Shown here: piece after piece, positions 49,652 through 57,684 of the stretch
How the letters are laid out: every line of letters begins with the position of its first letter
Numbering within the stretch: the stretch's first letter is position 1
Assembly (NCBI GenBank): GCA_965218695.1
Contig: OZ244651.1
Span: 1,728,001-1,792,000, forward strand
Source of the DNA: Nitrosopumilus sp.
Lineage (GTDB): Archaea; Thermoproteota; Nitrososphaeria; Nitrososphaerales; Nitrosopumilaceae
Direction: 5' to 3'
DNA length: 64,000 nucleotides
Made by a program: the position numbers and the translations under genes
Notes under the pieces: generated by a model
What the model was told of the DNA's origin: nothing
Seen by the model: only the letters and a program-made list of their open reading frames with translations
Databases searched by the model: none

Positions 49652-50753
49652 TAGTGGCGATCAAAAGTTCTTGCAAAATAATTCGGCTTTTCTGTTAAAG
49701 AATTTGATCAAATCCAGATTGAATCTCGCAGTTCGATAGTACTGGGAGACGGCACTGTGCATGTCCAAGAAGGTTTTGTAGTATTCTGAAACAAGCAGGT
49801 TCCGTTTTCCCTGGTGCCAGCATTCTTCCACGGCGTTGAGATACGGTGAGCCTTTTGGCAGGTATATGATCCTGATGTTCTTGTTCTCGCGCAGCAGCGT
49901 CCGGACGGCTTTTGCGCGGTGCGGGGACGCCCTGTCCACCAGGACGGCAACCTTCCCAAAATGCCTCTGCATGGCCTTGAGATAAGCAACAAAAGTGGGC
50001 GCGTTAAACCCGCTGGCAGTCCTGAAGAACTGCCTGCCATCCATTGTAATTGAACCGTACGCGGTAATTCTTTTGTGGCTTCCAGTGTATGGCACGGTTA
50101 TTGGCACCCCCACGGGGGACCAATACTTGCGGCCAGATTTTACGTCGTGTATGAAGAACGCCTCGTCTTGCACGGCCAGGACAAAACCGTCTTTTTCTAG
50201 GCGTGAAATTCTCTTTTTGAGGCGATATTGCCAGCTTTTTACGGCTGCCTTGGTGGCCCTGTTGATGTGGATCCTTTGCGACCCCTTGGGGGACAGACCG
50301 TATTTTTGCATGATTTTCCTGATGTTCGTCCTGTGCATCTTTGTTCCCGTCTCCCTGTGTATGACCTGTTGCAGTTCGGCAGGAGTGGTCTTGAACCGGT
50401 CTACCTTGTCCAGTATGCCGTCCATTGCTTCAGGTGAAATCTTGGGCGGCCTGCCGGATCTGGGAAGATCCCGGAGGCCTTGTAGACCTCCATTCTCGAA
50501 GCGTTCCAGCCAGTTGCGTACCCACCTGGGACATCGCAGAAGATTGACGGCCGCATCATCTATGCTCATTTTACGAAAATGTACCATGTGTACTGCAAGC
50601 ATTCTGGCTCCCACCCTGAGGTCCTTTTCTTTTTTGTATGCTACTTCGAGTTCTTCCCGTGTTACTTTGATCATGCCGCGTTAGGCGACCGGCTGATCTA
50701 CATAGTTTTCGGTCTGAGGTGCTGAACTTGGAACGAACTTTCACTTTTCACTA
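49652..50753 (-). mobile_element. IS630-family IS nested in ISH3
   Basis: TA duplication (49650-49651, 50754-50755) at the CTAG site of the intact copy; ends TAGTG...AAAGTTC / GAACTTT...CACTA. Confidence 0.9.
49661..50674 (-). CDS. IS630 transposase
   Basis: HTH, RSGRP, QDEA, VDRASPH, YLPKGSPYLNAVEECW. Confidence 0.92.
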   Translation of the reverse strand: MIKVTREELEVAYKKEKDLRVGARMLAVHMVHFRKMSIDDAAVNLLRCPRWVRNWLERFENGGLQGLRDLPRSGRPPKISPEAMDGILDKVDRFKTTPAELQQVIHRETGTKMHRTNIRKIMQKYGLSPKGSQRIHINRATKAAVKSWQYRLKKRISRLEKDGFVLAVQDEAFFIHDVKSGRKYWSPVGVPITVPYTGSHKRITAYGSITMDGRQFFRTASGFNAPTFVAYLKAMQRHFGKVAVLVDRASPHRAKAVRTLLRENKNIRIIYLPKGSPYLNAVEECWHQGKRNLLVSEYYKTFLDMHSAVSQYYRTARFNLDLIKFFNRKAELFCKNF

Positions 50754-51339
50754 TAGCGAGTTTACCATGTTGCGAAACCACTTGGGTGACGGCATCTTCT
50801 TTTTGGCATGCTTGAGCAGCCTGATTGCCTCCTCGGAGGCTATGTTGGATTCAGACATCTTCATCAGTATGGCTGCAAACTCGCCCACCCCGTATTGGGC
50901 ATTGTTCCCAGTAGGGAATCCTATGGGTGCAGACCACAGTATTCCTGACAAGGTATTAAGCATCCTTTCTCCGATCTTGTTACGGTGTACCTGCCCACCT
51001 TTTTGCGCAAACACTAGGGTGGGCAAGGACGCCGTAGATAATAGATCCGTATGCTCGAAAAATGTTAACACGTCTGCGAACATCTGTTGGATGGCTTAGA
51101 GGGTAAATTTCCGACTACTGATACTAGCTAAAAGCATAAATTCGTGCGCCCAAACATTATTTTTTGAGGAAAACACGCCCCATTTCCAGACATGATGGTG
51201 CCTACAAGCATGCTACGATAACACAATCACGGAAATTGGCAACAGGTTAGACTGCATGAACTTATGCGCGTCGCTATAGGTTCATACAAGTTTACATAAT
51301 CCGTGATAGAAACTGTTTTGTATTGATGTGTCTTGAAAC

Positions 51340-54300
51340 ATGATCTTGACACAACAGGATTTGGAACTGTCTGACGTGCAAAAGCGCATCGTGGACCACG
51401 ACAGCGGCCATCTGAGGATTGTGGCGTGTCCCGGTTCAGGAAAGACCGAGGTTGTAAGCAGAAGGGTCGCGGAGCTCATACGGAAGGGAGTGGAACCGTC
51501 AAGGATAGTCGCCTTTACGTTTACCGAAAAGGCGGCAGAGGAACTAAAGCTGAGGATCAGGAGACGGCTGGAGGACATGTGCAGTGAGAAATCAGATTTC
51601 GGCGACATGTACATCGGAACGATAGACTCGTTTTGTCTTCACATTATTCGGGAGATAAGACCTGAATTCAAAGCCTTTGAGGTACTGGACGCGGCAAGAA
51701 GAATGGCGTTCATAGACAGATGGTATCTTAACATGGGGTTTGATTCGATGCAGACTGAAAATGCCGGAAAGTGGAGAACCATGCAAATTTTTTGTGACAG
51801 TTCGGACAGGGTAATGAACGAGATGATCGACACATCGAAGATAACAGACGATGCATTTGTGAAATGTTATGACCGATATGTAGGAAAACTGAGGGAAGAG
51901 AGATTTTTTGACTTTACGTCGATAATATACACGCTTGTCGAACTGCTTAGACATGACGAATCTGCATTAAACTACATCGGCAGTCTGGTAAAACACGTGG
52001 TCTTTGATGAATACCAGGATGTAAACAGGCTTCAGGAGTCACTGCTTGACTATATGTCGGTTGGTTCGGATTCGGTATGTGTGGTGGGGGATGACGATCA
52101 GAACATCTTCCAATGGCGGGGAAGCAGCGTTGATCATATTGTGAATTTTCGAGAAAAATATTCCAAGTACGGGGTTACAACGGAGGAACTTGATACAAAC
52201 TACCGTGCCACTGATGGACTGATCGATGTTGCAAGCAGGTTGATAGCAAGCAACACGAGGAGGCTGGAGAAAAACATGAAGGCGTATGACGGACAGAACT
52301 ATCCCTTTGAATTAAACGACATAGTGCACCGCCACTTTGATAGCGACAGGGAGGAATTCAGATTCATACTTGACAGCCTGAACAGGCTACACGGTACGGA
52401 CTTTGTGGACAAGCACGGAAATGCATATGCGCTGTCATACCGCGACATGGCGGTAATAGTGAAAACCAACGAGGACGCTGCCCGGATAATAGGTTTTTTT
52501 GAAAGCAACAGCATGCCGTGTATAGCAGACAGCGGCAGTGGCGTATTTGAGCGCCCCATCGTCATCCTGGCCGTGGACTGCATCTCGTATGTTTTTGACT
52601 GCGCAGAATACGCAACAAACGCGGTTCCAGAGATGGATGTTCTTGCGGAAAGATATGCAGGTGTGGTAGGAGGCGACAAACAGAAATTTCGAGACGGATT
52701 GCAGAAGATAAGGGCGGATACCGATGAGATATCGGAGAAAAAGAAAGGATGGCTGCCCAATCTTGGATTGCAGGAATTCTACCAGCGAATACTGGTTTCA
52801 ATGGGATCTGAAAGAGGCGTATTTGCCGAAGTCGACTTGTACAATCTTGCGGTTCTAAGCACTGCGATTTCCGATTATGAGTATGTGTATCAGACACTCA
52901 GGACGGGGGAAATCAGTGGCTTCAAATGGTTCATCAGGCAGTTTGCGGAGAGGTATTATTCCGATCCGCAACACAATGATCCGTCCGAGGTGGATGCAGT
53001 CAGAATACTTACCATATGGAAGGCAAAGGGTCTGGAATTTCCGGCGGTCTTTGTTCCCTCGTTTGTCTACAGAAAAAGACCTCGCGCATCCCCATGTTTT
53101 GCAGACGATCATCTGTATGACAAGGAAAGATACGACGGTACGGAGGAAGACGACAGGAGGGCGTATTATACTGCAATAACTCGCTCGCAAAAGTACCTGT
53201 TACTGACCGGTGCATCCAGGAGGGAGATTGTGGTAAGATCCGATCCATCAAAAAACATGATCAGGCCGCATCCGTTCATTGATGAGATGAAAAACGGACG
53301 GTTCTCTGAAACGTTTCATGCCAAAAGATCAAAGACTGGAAGGGAGCAGAGAATGATGGAAGGGGGAACGTTTCCAACCTCGTACAGCAAGATGAGCATC
53401 TACGACAGATGTCCATACGACTACAAGCTCAGACACGTTCTGGGATTCAATGCCGGCGTACCGGCAGCATTTGGATACGGAACCAACATACACAACATAT
53501 TGAACCTGATCCATTCAAAATACATACGGGAGAGGAAGGTTCCAACGGAACAGGACATCAAGAAAATGTTTGATCAGATGTTTTATCTGAGATTTGCCCC
53601 CGGAAGGCAGACGGAGAACATGAAAAAGGCCGGCATGAGGGTGGTATCCAACTATGTCCAGAATCACAAAGACGACTTTGAGAAAATCTTGGACACGGAA
53701 AAGAGGTTCGAATTCATGCTGGGACAGGCAATGATATCCGGCGACATTGATCTGCTCAAGAAGATTAACGAGGATGGGCAGGTAACCGAAATCGAGATTA
53801 TCGACTTTAAGACCGACCGGCAGAACGGGGACGGCGTGTATGATCTGGACTATTCAGAACAGGTGAGGCTATACTCGTATGCGGCAAGGTTTTCACTTGG
53901 GACCAAACCGCAGAGGGCGGCTGTACACCATCTTGACACGGGCAAGGTGGATTATGTGGACATAAGTGACGGACAGATGGAAAAAACAAGGGGCGACATG
54001 GAGTCAAAGATAGGAAGCATACTGTCCAAGGACTTTGAGGCGCAACCAGAAGACAGCAAGTGCAAGGGATGTGACTTTAGGGCGTTGTGTTCCCACAAGG
54101 GATTCGATGTGGGAGTCGGCTTCAAGCCGGCAGAACATGTCAAGCGCGACAGTCCTGCCAGGGACGACGAGTCTGAAGCAGACGCCGGAACGAACCTTGG
54201 CCCCTCGGTCATAAGCAGGGGTATGAGGACAAAGGCCGCAAGAATGGCGGAAAAAATACATGCGGACGGGATCGTCCCAGATGCGGACGGGGCATACAGA

Positions 54301-54456
54301 CTGCAGTCAGAAAGTGATTCGGACAGATCGTACAGGGTTACAGCGACGAGCTGCCAGTGCAGGGGATTCAAAAGCTACGGCGGCAGGAACCCGGACAGCA
54401 TACCCACCTGCTCCCACATAGAGGCTGTAAAAATCGTAAAAGGGGCCACCTCATAG
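51340..54456 (+). CDS. UvrD/REP SF1 helicase fused to PD-(D/E)XK nuclease and C-terminal SWIM zinc finger
   Basis: ACPGSGKT, FDEYQD, VGDDDQNIFQWRG, NYR, TIWKAKGLEF, YTAITR; nuclease RCPY, GDIDL, IIDFKT, QVRLY, CKGCDFRALC; SWIM CQC...CSH. Confidence 0.9.
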   Translation: MILTQQDLELSDVQKRIVDHDSGHLRIVACPGSGKTEVVSRRVAELIRKGVEPSRIVAFTFTEKAAEELKLRIRRRLEDMCSEKSDFGDMYIGTIDSFCLHIIREIRPEFKAFEVLDAARRMAFIDRWYLNMGFDSMQTENAGKWRTMQIFCDSSDRVMNEMIDTSKITDDAFVKCYDRYVGKLREERFFDFTSIIYTLVELLRHDESALNYIGSLVKHVVFDEYQDVNRLQESLLDYMSVGSDSVCVVGDDDQNIFQWRGSSVDHIVNFREKYSKYGVTTEELDTNYRATDGLIDVASRLIASNTRRLEKNMKAYDGQNYPFELNDIVHRHFDSDREEFRFILDSLNRLHGTDFVDKHGNAYALSYRDMAVIVKTNEDAARIIGFFESNSMPCIADSGSGVFERPIVILAVDCISYVFDCAEYATNAVPEMDVLAERYAGVVGGDKQKFRDGLQKIRADTDEISEKKKGWLPNLGLQEFYQRILVSMGSERGVFAEVDLYNLAVLSTAISDYEYVYQTLRTGEISGFKWFIRQFAERYYSDPQHNDPSEVDAVRILTIWKAKGLEFPAVFVPSFVYRKRPRASPCFADDHLYDKERYDGTEEDDRRAYYTAITRSQKYLLLTGASRREIVVRSDPSKNMIRPHPFIDEMKNGRFSETFHAKRSKTGREQRMMEGGTFPTSYSKMSIYDRCPYDYKLRHVLGFNAGVPAAFGYGTNIHNILNLIHSKYIRERKVPTEQDIKKMFDQMFYLRFAPGRQTENMKKAGMRVVSNYVQNHKDDFEKILDTEKRFEFMLGQAMISGDIDLLKKINEDGQVTEIEIIDFKTDRQNGDGVYDLDYSEQVRLYSYAARFSLGTKPQRAAVHHLDTGKVDYVDISDGQMEKTRGDMESKIGSILSKDFEAQPEDSKCKGCDFRALCSHKGFDVGVGFKPAEHVKRDSPARDDESEADAGTNLGPSVISRGMRTKAARMAEKIHADGIVPDADGAYRLQSESDSDRSYRVTATSCQCRGFKSYGGRNPDSIPTCSHIEAVKIVKGATS

Positions 54457-54596
54457 ACTCATCCTATGCCGTGTCGGCCATTATTTCATGAACCGCGGTA
54501 TCTTTGCAGCAGAACCATGCAGTCTACCAAAAAATTGAATTTTAGTAATGGACCATGCCTCATGTTATACCAGAGCCGGATTGTTGATGAATTGCG

Positions 54597-54908
54597 TTAG
54601 GCCCTACCGGAATTATTTCCTGCTGCGCAGGGTCGCAGAATCTGGCGAGACTCGTCGGGTATGACGCTGTCGAACATCTCGATCCTGTGCAGAACCGTGC
54701 TGTACCTAGGATCCCAATCCACCTCCCTGTTCTTCCACAAGCGGCGCTCGATGTTCAGATCCTTGTCCTTTCGCACCGGCTCCCTGTCTTTTTGGTTTAA
54801 TTCCCTGTCCTTCGTTCCAAGATTTCTTTGTTTTTTGATTTCCTGCTGCATCCTGCGTGTGGCCCGTTCAGATAAATCCTGCATTTGATGTGTGGCGTGA
54901 CCGTGCAT
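54597..54908 (-). pseudogene. Remnant of an IS5 transposase N-terminus
   Basis: Coiled-coil KDREL repeats and VLHRIEMFDSVI resemble LLHRVEVFDDVI of the adjacent transposase. Confidence 0.55.
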
Positions 54909-54944
54909 GATCTGAACTTATTGGACTGGTTTGGGGGGGGTTGC

Positions 54945-56519
54945 ACACAGGCTCCAATAGAAGCCATGCGTAATCCCTCCATTTCGTTGGGTTAAACCAG
55001 AAAAACCCAGAAAATATTAAAAATTCTGATTTAATTCTCGCCATGTTAGCCATGTGGGGATCCTGTCCTGCCAGAAATACAAAATAACGTGCGCAACCTT
55101 GCAGCACCACGATGTGCACGGAATTAATTGTTTGAAACGGCGCTGCCGGGGACGTTTGCCTCTTCCCAGTTTATTACCGGCCCCAGCGTGCTACCTGAAG
55201 GAGGTCCTTTCTTCATCTGGTTCCACAGGAGGTCCAGGTTTACGAGTCCGGTTATTATGTTAAATTCCCTGTTAAAGTCGCCAATCTTTCCCTTGTATGG
55301 CGCGGTAAGCCGGCCGTACCGCTTCAGCCTGCCGATGGAGTGCTCTACCTTTACCCGGGCGGAATTGATTTTGTGGTTGTGCTCCTTTTCCTCCTTTGTA
55401 AAGCGCTTGTGGTTCTTGGTCTTCTTGTGCGGCTGCAGGGTGTTTGTGCCGGGCAGATCCTTTGCGATTCCCTTGTAGCCGCGGTCAGTAAGGGTGTGGA
55501 TCCTGTCCTCTTCGGGGGTGTCCTCGTCGCACATGCGGTCCCACCATTTTCCAAACGGCAGCGGGCTCTCCCTGAGCAGCGTGATGTCGTGGACGGATCC
55601 CACGGTGCTGCCGGATATGGCGACTATCACCCCGTTTTCATTTATGCAGACTGTGGTGTTGAGCGTGAATTTCTTCTTCTTGCCCGAATACATCATGCTC
55701 CTCATCTGTTTTTCGTCCGGCCTCTGTATGGGGCAGTGCGTGCCGTCGATCATCATGATGCCCCCGTCAGGCCCGGAAATTATTTTTTTGAGATCCTCTT
55801 TTGTCTCCGTGCCTGCTATCTCCTTTGATATGTTGGCAGCAGTGGGCAGCGCCGCCTCAAGCACCCCGTCTAGTACATCGATATACCTGGACACGGTCGC
55901 CTGGTCTATTCCAAAGAATGCCGCAAGCGCGCCCTGCGTGGGGTTGCCCTTTTTGTACATCAGTGACATGAGTAGCGCGTGCCTTGGGTACAGCTTGCAG
56001 CGGTTCCCGGGATCCGACGCCCTCGTCTCGTCGTTCCTGAAGAGCGGGGATTTGCCGCTTTGTCTTATCCATGCCTCGGCCCTGTCAAGTATGTACTGGA
56101 ATTGCCCCCTGCCCTTCAGCGTCGCGTCATGAAGCTTCTTCCCGACGCCGATGACGTCGTCAAACACCTCCACGCGGTGCAGCAGGGCGGGCTCCCCTGC
56201 GGCTCCGGACTCGGAGCCGTCCCGCGTGCTCCACAGGCTTTGCTCGTGCTTGGCGGCTGCCTCCAAGCGCTTGATGTCAGCGTCCTGGCGCTTGATGTCA
56301 GCGTCCTGGCGCTTGATGTCAGCGTCCTGGCGCTTGATCATGTATCTGAGAGCCTTGTTCTCTTTTTGCAGGTCACTTGTTTTCTGTTCCGACAACAGTA
56401 TGAACCGGCATATTCTGGTTTTAATTGGATGGATCATAAATTTTTGACAGCAGGGCTAACGTCAACGCGGAGTTTGAAAAAGTTCTGGATTACGCATATT
56501 TTCTAATGCATGCAGTCTA
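54945..56519 (-). mobile_element. IS5-family IS abutting the vsr stop codon
   Basis: Right end GGATTACGCATATTTTCTAATGCATGCAGTCTA; degenerate inverted partner ACACAGGCTCCAATAGAAGCCATGCGTAATCC. Left boundary uncertain. Confidence 0.65.
55124..56437 (-). CDS. IS5-family transposase with N-terminal heptad repeats
   Basis: FGIDQATVSR, IDGTH, YSGKKK, GSVHD, DRGYKG, RVKVEHSIGRLK; (IKRQDAD)x3. Confidence 0.88.
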   Translation of the reverse strand: MIHPIKTRICRFILLSEQKTSDLQKENKALRYMIKRQDADIKRQDADIKRQDADIKRLEAAAKHEQSLWSTRDGSESGAAGEPALLHRVEVFDDVIGVGKKLHDATLKGRGQFQYILDRAEAWIRQSGKSPLFRNDETRASDPGNRCKLYPRHALLMSLMYKKGNPTQGALAAFFGIDQATVSRYIDVLDGVLEAALPTAANISKEIAGTETKEDLKKIISGPDGGIMMIDGTHCPIQRPDEKQMRSMMYSGKKKKFTLNTTVCINENGVIVAISGSTVGSVHDITLLRESPLPFGKWWDRMCDEDTPEEDRIHTLTDRGYKGIAKDLPGTNTLQPHKKTKNHKRFTKEEKEHNHKINSARVKVEHSIGRLKRYGRLTAPYKGKIGDFNREFNIITGLVNLDLLWNQMKKGPPSGSTLGPVINWEEANVPGSAVSNN

Positions 56520-56918
56520 TTCGTTGAGTTTTCTTCTTATCCGTCTCATGCACTTGTCCGGGTTTTTCTCGATGTCATGCTCCCAGAACCTGAGCACGGA
56601 CCACCCGTCCCTGCGGAGCCTACGGGAGTATCTCCTGTCCCTCCTCATGTTTTCTTCTATCTTGTCCCGCCAGAATTTTTTTGCAGGTCTCTTTTTCGTG
56701 TAATACCTGTAGCCGTGCCAGAAGTCCCCGTCACAGTAGATCGCTATGCGTCTCTGCCGAAGTACAAAGTCCGGACTGCCGAACATCTTTGGATACATCT
56801 CAAACTCGTATCCGGCCTCGGACAGCATCTGCCCCATCCTCATGTCGATCTTTGTATATTTTCCACGTATCCTAGACATGATCCAGGATCTCTTTTCAGG
56901 GGAAAAGATGTCTGTCAT
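56517..56918 (-). CDS. vsr: Very short patch repair endonuclease
   Basis: MTDIFSPEKRSWIMSRIR, GSPDFV, DGDFWHG, FWRDKIEEN..RD, GWSVLRFWE. Confidence 0.93.
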   Translation of the reverse strand: MTDIFSPEKRSWIMSRIRGKYTKIDMRMGQMLSEAGYEFEMYPKMFGSPDFVLRQRRIAIYCDGDFWHGYRYYTKKRPAKKFWRDKIEENMRRDRRYSRRLRRDGWSVLRFWEHDIEKNPDKCMRRIRRKLNE

Positions 56919-57074
56919 GGGCAGCGGCAGTCTCCCCGCCGGCATTCACCCCTGTCGGATACGGCAGGGCAGGGTGATGTGTGTCCAGGCGATCTTTGGC
57001 ACGCCTGCACGGCATACCTGTATTTTTCAATATATGTCATCCCCGCACCCATGTGAGTTCCGTATGGTGTTTTA

Positions 57075-57683
57075 TTAATTTGAGTATCTCCGGTAGAGAT
57101 CCCACGCAAGATCCTCCAGGGCCTGCCACACGTCGTCCTGCAGGTCATTCCTGAGCTGGTCAAGCAGGTGCCGCACAGTCCCCAGCGTGCCGGTATCTAC
57201 ATGAAAGGACAGACCTCCAAGATCACTCGGATCCAGTCTCTCGTCAAGCCTGCCTATCCTCTCAAAATATGCAGTAAACGTGTCCCAGGAAACCAGGTTC
57301 TGCCTCGCCCTTGCCGCGTCTTTGCATTTGTCCAGCAGGTCGTCACCTGACATCCTGCCTCCCTTGTCGACATATGCAAAGAACATCTTTCCATGTTCCT
57401 TCATGATGTCCTCGATGCTGACTTTTGCAGAATAAACCACTATGGGAATCCGCGTAATCCTGAGACGTCTTCTCAGATCGTCGATCATGCAGTATCCGGT
57501 TTTGTCGGAGTCCTTTATGGATACGTCCGTGACAATGACGTCAAATCCGCTGTCTATCCTCTCGTCCAGTTCCTCCTGGGTCGAGCACCACGTGACCTCG
57601 TAGTCATCCTCCAGCGAATCCCTGACCAGATCGGCGGTCTTTTGATCATCGTCAAACAGAAGTATTCTTGGTCTGTCTTGCAT
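57075..57683 (-). CDS. Response regulator receiver protein with small non-HTH C-terminal domain
   Basis: LLFDDD, VTD (phosphoacceptor), YSA, YVDK; starts immediately after the kinase stop. Confidence 0.82.
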   Translation of the reverse strand: MQDRPRILLFDDDQKTADLVRDSLEDDYEVTWCSTQEELDERIDSGFDVIVTDVSIKDSDKTGYCMIDDLRRRLRITRIPIVVYSAKVSIEDIMKEHGKMFFAYVDKGGRMSGDDLLDKCKDAARARQNLVSWDTFTAYFERIGRLDERLDPSDLGGLSFHVDTGTLGTVRHLLDQLRNDLQDDVWQALEDLAWDLYRRYSN

Positions 57684-57684
57684 T

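Larger units (their letters stand above)
48717..51120 (-). mobile_element. ISH3-family IS, copy 2, interrupted by IS630
   Basis: Same IRs as copy 1; transposase split into 50751-51083 and about 48738-49650. Confidence 0.92.

Noticed and set aside
53370-54100. Cas4-like nuclease as a sign of CRISPR adaptation or a casposon
   Set aside because: It is the fused nuclease domain of a UvrD helicase; no cas1, polB or array is nearby.
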